Below are positions 43,661-55,372 of a stretch of 64,000 bases of DNA, piece by piece; the stretch's first letter is position 1, and each line of letters begins with the position of its first letter. Source of the DNA: Opitutales bacterium (GTDB lineage: Bacteria; Verrucomicrobiota; Verrucomicrobiia; Opitutales; UBA2987); assembly GCA_965226885.1 (NCBI GenBank), contig CBDDEL010000017.1:288001-352000 (forward strand). Reading direction: 5' to 3'. The notes below the pieces were generated by a model. It ran no database searches, was not told where the DNA came from, and was given only the letters and a program-made list of their open reading frames with translations. A program made the position numbers and the translations under genes.

Positions 43661-44054
43661 TTTTTCAAGGGGTTTATCCTGTATTAGCCCACCTTAACTT
43701 AATGTTGGTAATCAGTCGGTTACGAGTTTTTGATACATCCCGAATTTAGTCCAAATTGGCCTATTTTTTTGATTGAGTGTAGAAAAAGGGTGTAGTACTT
43801 AAAATATTTAACTAATTTATTACCGTTTGCCAATGCCTTGGAGAGATGCTAACGCAAACAAAGAAAAAGGAGCCTCCATCTTGCGAGATTCCTTAAAGTC
43901 CCATTGGCAGCGAGTAAATTGCTGTTATTCCAGCAACCGCAGACAAGGGGGCGGGGTCAGGCAATTTCCCCGGTGGCGATATACATATTATTCAAGTGTC
44001 GATCAAAATTTTTTCTGAAAGGGGGGATTAGAACCTGCCTCGAAGCACCATGCA

Positions 44055-45071
44055 TCAGTCGGCTCGAACGGCCATGGTCATGGCCTTGATGAACCCAATA
44101 CCATACGCCCAGTAGCGGTGTCCCCAGTTGGAGTCACCCTCGATGCGAATGCAGTGATCGGGTGTTAGGTAGCCATCAAAACCGACTGCGTGACAAGCTT
44201 GCATGACCGCGACCATGTCTGTTTGGCCCTCATCAGGAAAGTTCTCATAGAACTTCTCCGCCGTCCCGGGAATGTTACGAAAGTGAATCCAGAACAATTT
44301 CCCGCGTTCGCCGAAGTAGCGAATCTCTTCCGTCACGTTCGCTCCCATTTCCGTGAAGCAACCCACGCAGAAGAGGAGTCCGTTATTCTCACTCGGAACC
44401 ATCTCGATGAGCCGCCGAAAGGCCTCTGGGTTTCGCATGATGCGTGCCACGCCTCCGATCTCGGGAACCAATGGGTCATCGGGGTGCATGGCCAATTTGA
44501 CGCCTGCTTTTTCCGCAACCGGTATAACGGCTTTAAGGAAATAATGTAGATTCTCCCACATCTCATTGTCTCCTATGGGCCGCCGGTGACTGTCTGGAAT
44601 GAGGTGTGCCACACTACCCCCGCCGGGGATGGAGGTGCCGGAGGTGAACTGAGGCGCGTCCTTGACCAGATCGGCATCGAAGCTTGTGCTGCGCGCGTTG
44701 CCCCTGACCGGTGCGTGGGAGGACGTGCGGTAAAACTGCATGGCGTGGATGTTGTAGGTGTAAACCGGGATGCCGACCATCCCCATGTTGCGAAGGGTCC
44801 GTTGGCAGTTTTCAATCTGCTCATCGCGCCCGGGGAGACCCAGCATCCACTTGTAGTTCCAGATCCACTGAGCATTGCCGCCGAGAGCACCCATCCTCAT
44901 CCCATGGCTCTCGATCCTGGTCTTGAGCCCCTGGAGATTAGTGAAAGTATAGAAGCCCTTATCCAGGTCCACATCTTTCGGATCCGCCATGATCCCTTCC
45001 ACACCCAACTGCCTGAGGAATTTCAACTTTCCCTCGGTAATTTCCCCTATGTGATCCATTCCAGGCTTCAT
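44055..45071 (-). CDS. mannonate dehydratase family protein (UxuA-like)
   Basis: PGRDEQIE, IPVAEKAGVKLAMHPDDP, IHFRN, ENFPDEG and PDH motifs. Confidence 0.85.
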   Translation of the reverse strand: MKPGMDHIGEITEGKLKFLRQLGVEGIMADPKDVDLDKGFYTFTNLQGLKTRIESHGMRMGALGGNAQWIWNYKWMLGLPGRDEQIENCQRTLRNMGMVGIPVYTYNIHAMQFYRTSSHAPVRGNARSTSFDADLVKDAPQFTSGTSIPGGGSVAHLIPDSHRRPIGDNEMWENLHYFLKAVIPVAEKAGVKLAMHPDDPLVPEIGGVARIMRNPEAFRRLIEMVPSENNGLLFCVGCFTEMGANVTEEIRYFGERGKLFWIHFRNIPGTAEKFYENFPDEGQTDMVAVMQACHAVGFDGYLTPDHCIRIEGDSNWGHRYWAYGIGFIKAMTMAVRAD

Positions 45072-45337
45072 ACTCGTCGTTCTCCTTTATCGATCCAATT
45101 TTCTGCTTTCATTGTGATTTGGCAATTTTTTTACTTGGTGGAATGAATCTTACGCCAATATACCTCGTTTACATCTCCTGGTTCGTCTGGGTTATCAGCT
45201 ATTTGAAGTTTTGCTTCCTGTTGCCTGATCTTTTCCAAAGCGGGTGGAAGGGCGATAATTGACTGCTGATACCAATAAGCGATTACTGAAACGACTTGAA
45301 AACAGAAAATTGGATCGTTCAACGATTATGAATGTCC

Positions 45338-46133
45338 GGTAGTGTTAACATTTTGAATGTTTAAGCTGTACTTTTTAGCGTGATTATGTTGTGAACTGGG
45401 AATGGTCCATATCACAGTAAAATGTCCTCAATGCGGAAGCGATCACATCATCAAGCACGGCAAGGATCCGAAAGGGGTTCAGAAGTATCGATGCAAGGGG
45501 TGTGGTTATCAGTTTCGGCTTCACCCCAAAAGTCGTGAGCATCCTCCGGCGCTGGTCAAGCAGGTGCTCCGTGCGCACCAAAACCGGATGAGCCTGCGTG
45601 CCATTTACCGTACCTTCGGGGTAGCCCCAAAGACGGTCATCGAATGGATTAAAAAAAAGTCCTGAGTTTGCCGAAGCTGGAGTCCACTCTGCTTGCCCGC
45701 CAGTGTAGTGATGTGCTGGAACTGGACGAGGTGTGGTCATTCTGGGGCGATAAGCGTTCGGGGCAGGTATGGCTATGGGTAGCCTTGTGTCGACGTACCC
45801 GACAGGTCGTCGGGTTTTCTCTGGGTGATCGTAGCGATCAAACGTGCTGGCAGTTGTATCACAACATCGCCCAGCCCTATCGCGACTGTGCCACCGTAAG
45901 CGATTACTGGGAAAGCTACGACAAGGTTTTCCCTCACAACAGCGCCAGCGGGAAACAATCCGGCCAAACCGCCCATATCGAACGCTGGAACAATACCTTG
46001 CGACAGTCCCTGTCACGCTATGTGCGTAAAACGCTGTCATTCTCGAAGTCTTTGGTCATGCATTTTCGCGTCCTATGCTTGTTCATCTGGGAATACAACA
46101 GCAATATCAAACATTCGTCATGTTAACACTACC
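45338..46133 (+). mobile_element. IS1-family element type b (796 bp; insA 45402-45665, insB to 46126)
   Basis: ggtagtgttaacat IRs; perfect 8-bp TSD gaatgtcc; A8 slippery site. Confidence 0.95.
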
Positions 46134-46237
46134 GAATGTCCATATGGGAAATCTCGGATATTATCCCCTGAATGTATTTGGCTTTTGTAGTATTGACTCA
46201 TCCCGTAATTGCTCTTATTGCTGGAATAATTCGTTGA

Positions 46238-46432
46238 TTGATGAGACATCGTTGTGAAGAATGCGGGAAGACTGTAGATGTCGATACCGGAAAATGCCCT
46301 TATTGTGGAGGCGAACTGATCCCCAATCTTATTGGAAATAAATTCCTCATTGGTTTTATCATTGTAATAGTTATAGCGATGGCGGGAGTCTTTATTGCAC
46401 TGCGTATTTATCAGGAAGGAAACCTTCAATAA
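46238..46432 (+). CDS. small zinc-ribbon membrane protein
   Basis: CEEC...CPYC followed by one TM helix. Confidence 0.55.
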   Translation: MMRHRCEECGKTVDVDTGKCPYCGGELIPNLIGNKFLIGFIIVIVIAMAGVFIALRIYQEGNLQ

Positions 46433-46578
46433 TTTCCTCTTACTCCGACTCTTTGGACCCACTAAATTCAAATTATGGAGATTACATACATAATAGGCAG
46501 TATCGTATTGATTCCTGTCCTGTTTTTTTTATTCTCGGTCTTAATTTCCTTAGAATTGGCAAATTAATTACGAAAACG

Positions 46579-46604
46579 AAAATCCGGAATGTTCCGGATT
46601 TTTT
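46579..46604. terminator. hairpin, likely intrinsic terminator
   Basis: aaaatccggaa-tg-ttccggatttt followed by T run, between convergent ORFs. Confidence 0.55.
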
Positions 46605-46765
46605 GCCTGGTTTTACAAAAGCTAGGGGAAGGTTTGTTCATTTGGAGAAAATGCTTCAGAGTCCCTCGCAGAGAGGGAGAACGGTTCAATCTACAAAGCG
46701 ATTGTTCGTGTGGTTCTTAGAGTGGAATAGATAACTGAACCGACAAATGAAGAAGGCGTTGTAAG

Positions 46766-48796
46766 CTATTTCATCTTCAACTCTTTGGCTGGAAGTTGCA
46801 CCAGTGAGATCAAGTATGGATGATAGATTGTCTCGCCCGGGCCTTGGCGCCGAAGCTCCCGCAAATCTGCCTGCATTTCAATCGGCGGCTCAGTCCAGCC
46901 AACGGTATAAACATCGCCGCTCGCGCTAACTGCACACGACGCGCTAACCCGGATATTTCATGAAGGGTAAAGTTTGGCTCGTTATTGCTATTGGAGATGG
47001 ATTTCTTTGTATTTTGAGCAGATCGTCTTGATTTTTAGGTGTTTTTCAGGGTGTAGAGACACTGCCCCCTTTCCCCCATTGGTTCGGTAGTGCCGGGGGC
47101 AGCACCAATGCACCCTTTAGGTTGGCACCAATCGGCGGGCCGCATGGTTGAAAAGACTGGCCCAAGGATAACTCTCACTTAGGTGAAAGTGAATCGTTCG
47201 GGTGTTGCGCACGATGACCGCTCCGATCTTGATTAATTTGAGCCGCAGGGTGTGGCATTGGGCCCGCGCCCACTTCGTCCCTTTTAAGGCTAACCGGCGC
47301 ATGGCTTCCATCAAGGTGTAGGCCAGCGCCGACAAGAGCAATCGCCACTGATTGGCCCACCATTGATGGGCGCTGGTGCGCTCGCTGAACAATTGCATCT
47401 GTTCCTTGATTCGGTTCTCCATTTCACCGCGGCCACAGTATACCTTGTCGTAAAGCTCCTGGGGATCGCCCGGCAGGTTCGTCACCACGAAGCGCGGGTT
47501 GGACCCCTGTGCGGTGTGTTCGGCTTTATGGATGACCAACCGCAGCCATCGCCACGAATCGGCAGCATAGACGAAGTCCTGGAATAACCGTTGTTTTTCA
47601 CCCCTTAGTTCGAACCATTCTTTGGCCTGCTTTTGCAACTGCTGGGCGTCTTGCTGCAAGCGTGCATTGCGAGCCATCCCCACGATGTAACTAACTTCGT
47701 TGCGGTCGCACCAAGAGAGTATCCGGTCTCGACAAAATCCACTGTCGGCGCGCCAAATAATCCGCGTACGGGGCCAGCTTTGGCGAATCCGTCTAACCAG
47801 CAATTTGAGGATGGCCCCGGCATGCTTGCTGGCATCGATCTTGCTCGGCCGCAGGTAGGCCACCAGCAGCTGATCACCGCAAAAAACATATAGCGGCAGA
47901 AAACAGTAATGATCATAATAACCGTGGAAAAAACGTCCCTCCTGGAGCCCGTGCACCGGATTGTCGGTGGCGTCAAAGTCCAGGATGATCTCTTCGGGTT
48001 CCTCGGCAAAAGAGCCCATGAACTGTTCGACCAACAGCTCGTTTACCGCAAAGGCCGCCCGCCGATCCTGCCCGTTTTCAAAACGACACAAAGTCGGCGC
48101 GCTGGCCAACGTTTCAATGCGCCCCGTTACCGTTTGCAACAATGGATCGTGGCGCAGGGTATCAAAGTCGTTCAAATCCTCATAGCCCGCCACCAGCCCG
48201 TAAACGCGCTGCCGCAGCATCCCCAATACCTCATGGCGTACTTTGCCCTTCTGCCGTTTGTCCACTAACTGTCGGGCCGCTCGTTCGGTCAAGCCCAACT
48301 GCCGATCCACTTCCCGGATCAAAAGCAGTCCGGTATCCGAAGTAACCTCTCCGCCCTTGAAATCAACCCGCACACGGCGGCCTTTTACCCTTGTCAACTG
48401 TAGCTTTAATTGTTTACCTTTTGTCATCGCTGATATTGCTTTAATTATTGATCTATCCTGCTGTATATCAGCAGTTAAGCATATCAACGATACTTTTTTT
48501 ACGAAATATCCGGGCTAACTGCACACGACTCTGCATAGATCATTGCCTTATCATCATCGCTTCGGATCTCGCCGTGATCGGTAATTGCCTCCTTCTCCAT
48601 GCTGTAGGTTAGAAGGTGTACCGATCCAAGTAATCCTTCCTTTGTGGGTGGCGCATGTACGAATCCGTACAACCGATGGCCAGGACCGATCGTTAGCCCA
48701 AGTTGTGCATAATCTGTATTGGCCTCCGCTTCGCGCATATGGTCGGAACGCCAGGGTCCCAACGGCTCCATCAGGTCAGCCGCCGGAGCGTATTTG
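46766..48796 (-). pseudogene. 3' remnant of a hypothetical gene, interrupted by IS1380 copy D and truncated upstream at IS1
   Basis: Frame reads ...LYGFVHAP...HGEI...YAESCAVS, resumes after the IS as ASCAVSASGDVYTVGW...ELKMK*. Confidence 0.6.
46948..48514 (-). mobile_element. IS1380-family copy D, full length (1567 bp; tnp 47117-48427)
   Basis: IRs plus TSD ctaa; open transposase. Confidence 0.95.
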
Positions 48797-49600
48797 GGTA
48801 GTGTATAAAAAAAGAATGTTATTTTGTATTTTTAGCTGTACAACTAGCGTTAGGCAGTCTATTCTTAGTGCATGGTTACTAAAATTATTAATTGTCGGCA
48901 CTGTGGAAGTGAAAATATCATTAAATTTGGCAAGACGCCCAACCATAAACAGCGCTACCGCTGCCATGATTGTGGTAAACAAAGCCGCGAAAACCCCACA
49001 GTGAAATACACCGAAGAGCAAAAAGAAATGATCCTTCGAGTCTATCAGGAACGCAGCAGTCTACGCGGTTTACAGCGCGCCTTCGGGGTGAGTCCCAACA
49101 CCGTTTTGAGTTGGTTAAAAAAAACGACAATCGCTGCGACCGCTCAAAAGCACGATTCTTGCGGCCCGCCGCCATGATGTCATTGAACTGGACGAACTGT
49201 GGTCTTTTGTGGGGCGCAAGAGCGATGCCCAATGGGTTTGGATCGCTCTTTGCCGACGCACCCGTCAAATCCTCTCCTATGCCATTGGGCCTCGGGATTG
49301 GTATCGTTGCCGGGAACTTTACGAGCGTCTGCCACGGGCCTACAAAAGATGTGCCACCTACAGCGACTTTTGGAGCACTTATGATGAAGTCTTTCCTCAT
49401 AACCGATCCGTGGGAAAAGAGAAACCGGTGAAACGGCCCATGTGGAACGATGGAACAATACCCTGCGCCAACGACTGGGTCGTTTCACACGCAAAACCCT
49501 CTCCTTTTCCAAGCTTAAGAGTATGCATGAAACCTGTCTGAGACTTTTCATTCATCAATATAATCAAGAATTAGCCACCATTCCTACTTAATACACTACC
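48797..49600 (+). mobile_element. IS1-family element type a, copy 3 (804 bp; +2 bp frameshift in insB)
   Basis: IRs present; flanks gcgtatttg/taattgttt do not form a TSD. Confidence 0.93.
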
Positions 49601-49708
49601 TAATTGTTTACCTTTTGTCATCGCTGATATTGCTTTAATTATTGATCTATCCTGCTGTATATCAGCAGTTAAGCATATCAACGATACTTTTTTTACGAAA
49701 TATCCGGG
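49601..49708 (-). mobile_element. IS1380 left-end stub (108 bp)
   Basis: Identical to the 5' end of full copies; cut off at IS1. Confidence 0.9.
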
Positions 49709-49712
49709 CTAG

Positions 49713-51279
49713 CCCGGATATTTCATGAAGGGTAAAGTTTGGCTCGTTATTGCTATTGGAGATGGATTTCTTTGTATTTTGAGCAGATCGTCTTGATTTT
49801 TAGGTGTTTTTCAGGGTGTAGAGACACTGCCCCCTTTCCCCCATTGGTTCGGTAGTGCCGGGGGCAGCACCAATGCACCCTTTAGGTTGGCACCAATCGG
49901 CGGGCCGCATGGCTGAAAAGACTGGCCCAAGGATAACTCTCACTTAGGTGAAAGTGAATCGTTCGGGTGTTGCGCACGATGACCGCTCCGATCTTGATTA
50001 ATTTGAGCCGCAGGGTGTGGCATTGGGCCCGCGCCCACTTCGTCCCTTTTAAGGCTAACCGGCGCATGGCTTCCATCAAGGTGTAGGCCAGCGCCGACAA
50101 GAGCAATCGCCACTGATTGGCCCACCATTGATGGGCGCTGGTGCGCTCGCTGAACAATTGCATCTGTTCCTTGATTCGGTTCTCCATTTCACCGCGGCCA
50201 CAGTATACCTTGTCGTAAAGCTCCTGGGGATCGCCCGGCAGGTTCGTCACCACGAAGCGCGGGTTGGACCCCTGTGCGGTGTGTTCGGCTTTATGGATGA
50301 CCAACCGCAGCCATCGCCACGAATCGGCAGCATAGACGAAGTCCTGGAATAACCGTTGTTTTTTACCCCTTAGTTCGAACCATTCTTTGGCCTGCTTTTG
50401 CAACTGCTGGGCGTCTTGCTGCAAGCGTGCATTGCGAGCCATCCCCACGATGTAACTAACTTCGTTGCGGTCGCACCAAGAGAGTATCCGGTCTCGACAA
50501 AATCCACTGTCGGCGCGCCAAATAATCCGCTTACGGGGCCAGCTTTGGCGAATCCGTTTAACCAGCAATTTGAGGATGGCCCCGGCATGCTTGCTGGCAT
50601 CGATCTTGCTCGGCCGCAGGTAGGCCACCAGCAGCTGATCACCGCAAAAAACATATAGCGGCAGAAAACAGTAATGATCATAATAACCGTGGAAAAAACG
50701 TCCCTCCTGGAGCCCGTGCACCGGATTGTCGGTGGCGTCAAAGTCCAGGATGATCTCTTCGGGTTCCTCGGCAAAGGAGCCCATGAACTGTTCGACCAAC
50801 AGCTCGTTTACCGCAAAGGCCGCCCGCCGATCCTGCCCGTTTTCAAAACGACACAAAGTCGGCGCGCTGGCCAACGTTTCAATGCGCCCCGTTACCGTTT
50901 GCAACAATGGATCGTGGCGCAGGGTATCAAAGTCGTTCAAATCCTCATAGCCCGCCACCAGCCCGTAAACGCGCTGCCGCAGCATCCCCAAGACCTCATG
51001 GCGTACTTTGCCCTTCTGCCGTTTGTCCACTAACTGTCGGGCCGCTCGTTCGGTCAAGCCCAACTGCCGATCCACTTCCCGGATCAAAAGCAGTCCGGCA
51101 TCCGAAGTAACCTCTCCGCCCTTGAAATCAACCCGCACACGGCGGCCTTTTACCCTTGTCAACTGTAGCTTTAATTGTTTACCTTTTGTCATCGCTGATA
51201 TTGCTTTAATTATTGATCTATCCTGCTGTATATCAGCAGTTAAGCATATCAACGATACTTTTTTTACGAAATATCCGGG
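49713..51279 (-). mobile_element. IS1380-family copy E, full length (1567 bp; tnp 49882-51192)
   Basis: IRs present; flanks ctag/ttag differ. Confidence 0.95.
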
Positions 51280-51617
51280 TTAGCTACAATAACAAGATCG
51301 AGGCGGCTGAAATTGTTGGCGAAAACACCGCGCATTTTATTAATTTCTACGATAAAGGAGAGGATTCCTGCGACGTTGCCGTGGCACCTTGCTAACAATA
51401 TTTCCGGAACCGGCCGCTGATTGTCGGGGCGATCGTCAATACAGCTTACGAGGGCTGGCTCATAGGAGCGGAAGAGATGATAGGCCCTCTGATCTCCACA
51501 TTCAATACGCAATCCGGGTACGGCATTAACTCGGATGCGATACAAGGAAAGAGGATTGTTTTGCCGGAAGTCTTCATTGACACTATGAATAGCCGGATGA
51601 ATGCCTTACGGTTGTAG
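51280..51617 (+). pseudogene. possible 3' remnant of an unknown gene truncated by IS1380
   Basis: About 110 codons in one frame with a single internal TAA (SYNNKIEAAE...APC*QYFRNRPLIVG...ALRL*). Confidence 0.3.
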
Positions 51618-51627
51618 GTAAAGACCT

Positions 51628-51661
51628 AAAAAAGAAAAGCCCCCGGCAAATCTCCGGAGGC
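51628..51661 (-). terminator. intrinsic terminator of korAB
   Basis: Minus strand gcctccgg-agatttg-ccgggggc-ttttctttttt. Confidence 0.7.
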
Positions 51662-51722
51662 CTACGGGGATACAGCAGTCAATAAGAGCAATAAATACGG
51701 GGAAACGAATCCCACCTTGCCC

Positions 51723-52631
51723 TTACATCAATTCGGCGATCAATTTATCGGATTGCTCCTTGCTGATGCCGAGCTTGCGATAGGCCAGAGGTCCACCCTC
51801 GTCGAGAACGGGCTCCAGTTGATCGAGAGAAGCGAGGTCGTCACGTTTCCAGAATAGGCCGATAGGGATCTCATCTCCCCATTCATAACCCCTTTTCATG
51901 GCCTCGTAAAAATCGGTGGTGTCATGCCCTTCGTCTTCCAGTAATTTGACTCGAGGCGCAAACCACTTGTAGGTATTGTCCTTGTTGTAAGTAACGCAGG
52001 GGCTGAATACATCGATAAAGCTAAACCCCTTATGCGTGAGGGCGCCTTTGATTATCTCGACGAGGTGCTTTTGCTTCCCGCTGAAACCGCGCGCCACATA
52101 GGTGGCCCCGGCGACCAAGGCAAGAGGGATGGGGTTGATGGGGTTCTCCACGTTGCCATGAGGTGTGCTCTTGGTCACCATGCCGACTGCGCTGGTGGGA
52201 GAAGTTTGACCCGTCGTCAGGCCATAAATCTGGTTGTCCATGACCAAATAGGTCAAATCGACATTGCGCCGCATGGTGTGCATGAAATGATTGCCCCCGA
52301 TGCCGAAACCATCGCCATCGCCGCCAGTGGCGATTATCTTCAACTCATGATTACCCAAGGCGGCCCCGGTGGCCACGGCCAGGGAGCGCCCATGGAGGGT
52401 ATGCATGCCGTAGGTATTGATATATCCGGGCAGGTTGGATGAACAGCCAATGCCGCTGATGGTCATTACCTGATGGGGTTGCAATTCGAGCTCCAGAAGA
52501 GCTTTTTGCAGAGCCATTAAAACGGAAAAATCACCGCAACCCGGACACCAGTCGGGATGGACTTTGCCCTTGTAAGAAGTCTTATCGGGCTTTTTCTCGG
52601 AAACGGGAAGCGTTAATGCTGCTGTTGTCAT
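51723..52631 (-). CDS. korB: 2-oxoacid:ferredoxin oxidoreductase beta subunit
   Basis: WCPGCGDF, SGIGCSS, HGR, GGDGDG and NQIYGLTTGQTSPT motifs. Confidence 0.92.
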   Translation of the reverse strand: MTTAALTLPVSEKKPDKTSYKGKVHPDWCPGCGDFSVLMALQKALLELELQPHQVMTISGIGCSSNLPGYINTYGMHTLHGRSLAVATGAALGNHELKIIATGGDGDGFGIGGNHFMHTMRRNVDLTYLVMDNQIYGLTTGQTSPTSAVGMVTKSTPHGNVENPINPIPLALVAGATYVARGFSGKQKHLVEIIKGALTHKGFSFIDVFSPCVTYNKDNTYKWFAPRVKLLEDEGHDTTDFYEAMKRGYEWGDEIPIGLFWKRDDLASLDQLEPVLDEGGPLAYRKLGISKEQSDKLIAELM

Positions 52632-52651
52632 GGGTATCAGAGGGTCAAATG

Positions 52652-54448
52652 TTAAACGGAGATTTCGTGTTCGGGCACCGAGAGCGTTTCTTTCCCGGCG
52701 AGTTGATCTTTGACGGCTTCGACGATATAATGGGGCATAAAAGGTTCGCCGTCATATTTGCGAATAAAACCGGATGCCGTGAAGCCGGTTTCCGAGCGCA
52801 GATAACGGGCGAATTGTCCGGAATAGTTGATCTCCACAATGATCGTTTTTTTGCATTGCTGGAGGATTTCTGTAATCGCCTCGGTATGAAAGGGGACGAT
52901 CCACTTGATATGTAATTGGTTGGCGGTAATTCCCTCCCCTTCCAATTGCTCAATGGCTTCCAAAATAACTCCCCGGGTGGAGCCCCACCCGACCAGGGTA
53001 ACTTCGGCGTCCTCGGCTCCTTCCAGGTTGGGAGCCTCAACATCGCCCAGCAAGCTCGTCATTTTGCGAGCTCGTTTCTCGACCATCATGCGCCGTATTT
53101 TGGGATTGGTGTATTCGTCGCTGATGATGGTGCCGTCTTCGTCGTGTTCGTCGGTCGCGGCGATATAGATTTTGCCGGGAACTCCCGGCACCGCCCTCGG
53201 CGAAATTCCGCTCAAGGTATTCTCATAACGCAAATAAGCGCTGTCATTATAACCGCCATAGGGGTTTTCCGTGTCCCCATTGGGAAAAATCATTTCACCG
53301 CGATCAATCTCCACCTGAAAGTCGAGATCCGCCGGATCCACACTGACGGTGCCCTCACCAATAAGTAATTCAGAAAGGACGAGGCCGGGACATTGATATT
53401 TATCGGTTAAATTAAACAGTTCAGGGATGGTTTTAAACAAATCGAGCTGATCGCACGGAGCCACGATGATTTTGGGGTAATCACCTTGTCCGGCGGCTAG
53501 TATCTGCCAGAGGTCCCCCTGTTCCGTTTTGGTGGGCAGGCCGGTAGCCGGTCCCCCTCGTTGCACATCCACGCAAACAATGGGTGTTTCGATCATACCA
53601 GACATGCCAATAGCCTCCGTCATTAAGGCGAAGCCTCCCCCGGAAGTGGCCGTCATGGCCCGGCAGCCGGTATGAGCCGCCCCGATAATCATGTTCATAA
53701 CCCCTATTTCATCTTCCACCTGGCGGACCATGATGCCCAGTTTGCGGGCATGGGCGGCCATGTATATGAGAACCCCGGTCGAGGGAGCCATCGGATAACC
53801 GGCATAAAATTTCACCCCGGCGGCGACTCCCCCCATGGCCGTGGCCTGGTTGCCCGTCCATACGCCAAATTGCGTGTCGCCTTTGGGCACTTTAAAGGAG
53901 AAAGAATTGAAATGCTCGGCAGCGTAAGAGTAGCCGTTGCGAGCGATTTTCACATTTTGAGCCACAACCTCCTCACCCTTTCGGGAAAAAATTCGTGTCA
54001 GGGCTTCCTCCAAATCTTCAAAATCAATGCCGAGCAGTTGCAGAGCTGCTGCTACGGAAACCGTATTGGCGGCTAGTTTATTGCCCATGGAAAGCTCTTT
54101 CATTGGTAGTGGAGAAATTTGCACCCCTTCAGCCGCGTCTCCAAGCTTGATGGAACCTTCATCGTAAAGAATGCAAGCGCCCGGCCCAAGAAGCCGAAGG
54201 TGCCGGTCCATCGTATCCTGGTTAAGTGGAATTAGCAGGTCGATCCTGTCGCCCATGCTATGCACCGGTCCATCACTGGCCCGTACGGTAAGGAATGTAT
54301 GCCCACCCCGGATCAAGGATTGGTAAGCGTTGTAAGCATTCAGGTGAAGACCACGCCGGGCAAATATATGCGCTAAAATACTGCCTGGAGTGGCAATTCC
54401 CTGCCCGGCGGCTCCGCCAATGCCAATTGCAAAATCTACTGTTCTCAT
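52652..54448 (-). CDS. korA: 2-oxoacid:acceptor oxidoreductase alpha subunit
   Basis: GGAAGQGI, IRGGH, YPMAPST, EDEI, TSGGGFALM and QRGGPATG motifs; ATG 54448 preferred. Confidence 0.92.
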   Translation of the reverse strand: MRTVDFAIGIGGAAGQGIATPGSILAHIFARRGLHLNAYNAYQSLIRGGHTFLTVRASDGPVHSMGDRIDLLIPLNQDTMDRHLRLLGPGACILYDEGSIKLGDAAEGVQISPLPMKELSMGNKLAANTVSVAAALQLLGIDFEDLEEALTRIFSRKGEEVVAQNVKIARNGYSYAAEHFNSFSFKVPKGDTQFGVWTGNQATAMGGVAAGVKFYAGYPMAPSTGVLIYMAAHARKLGIMVRQVEDEIGVMNMIIGAAHTGCRAMTATSGGGFALMTEAIGMSGMIETPIVCVDVQRGGPATGLPTKTEQGDLWQILAAGQGDYPKIIVAPCDQLDLFKTIPELFNLTDKYQCPGLVLSELLIGEGTVSVDPADLDFQVEIDRGEMIFPNGDTENPYGGYNDSAYLRYENTLSGISPRAVPGVPGKIYIAATDEHDEDGTIISDEYTNPKIRRMMVEKRARKMTSLLGDVEAPNLEGAEDAEVTLVGWGSTRGVILEAIEQLEGEGITANQLHIKWIVPFHTEAITEILQQCKKTIIVEINYSGQFARYLRSETGFTASGFIRKYDGEPFMPHYIVEAVKDQLAGKETLSVPEHEISV

Positions 54449-54516
54449 AAAATATCGAAAAGGAGCCAGTCTTTGGTAAATCAAACAGTGTGCAAGTCAA
54501 TTTTCCCCGAAAAATG

Positions 54517-54556
54517 CCTTCTGGTGCTTCCCTTCTCCTTCTGGTGCTTCCCTTCT
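54517..54556. repeat. 20-bp tandem duplication upstream of korA
   Basis: ccttctggtgcttcccttct x2. Confidence 0.92.
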
Positions 54557-54568
54557 CTTTGTAATTTG

Positions 54569-55372
54569 GGTAGTGTATTAAGTAGGAATGGTGGCTAATT
54601 CTTGATTATATTGATGAATGAAAAGTCTCAGACAGGTTTCATGCATACTCTTAAAAGCTTGGAAAAGGAGAGGGTTTTGCGTGTGAAACGACCCAGTCGT
54701 TGGCGCAGGGTATTGTTCCATCGTTCCACATGGGCCGTTTCACCGGTTTCTTTTCCCACGGATCGGTTATGAGGAAAGACTTCATCATAAGTGCTCCAAA
54801 AGTCGCTGTAGGTGGCACATCTTTTGTAGGCCCGTGGCAGACGCTCGTAAAGTTCCCGGCAACGATACCAATCCCGAGGCCCAATGGCATAGGAGAGGAT
54901 TTGACGGGTGCGTCGGCAAAGAGCGATCCAAACCCATTGGGCATCGCTCTTGCGCCCCACAAAAGACCACAGTTCGTCCAGTTCAATGACATCATGGCGG
55001 CGGGCCGCAAGAATCGTGCTTTTGAGCGGTCGCAGCGATTGTCGTTTTTTTTAACCAACTCAAAACGGTGTTGGGACTCACCCCGAAGGCGCGCTGTAAA
55101 CCGCGTAGACTGCTGCGTTCCTGATAGACTCGAAGGATCATTTCTTTTTGCTCTTCGGTGTATTTCACTGTGGGGTTTTCGCGGCTTTGTTTACCACAAT
55201 CATGGCAGCGGTAGCGCTGTTTATGGTTGGGTGTCTTGCCAAATTTAATGATATTTTCACTTCCACAGTGCCGACAATTAATAATTTTAGTAGCCATGCA
55301 CTAAGAATAAACTGCCTAACGCTATTTGTACAGCTAAAAATACAAAATAACATTCTTTTTTTATACACTACC
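54569..55372 (-). mobile_element. IS1-family element type a, copy 4 (804 bp; +2 bp near the insB 3' end)
   Basis: IRs plus perfect 8-bp TSD gtaatttg. Confidence 0.95.

Noticed and set aside
45131..46240. Gene interrupted by IS1 type b
   Set aside because: Rejoining the flanks gives no convincing continuous ORF in the frames I checked on either strand.
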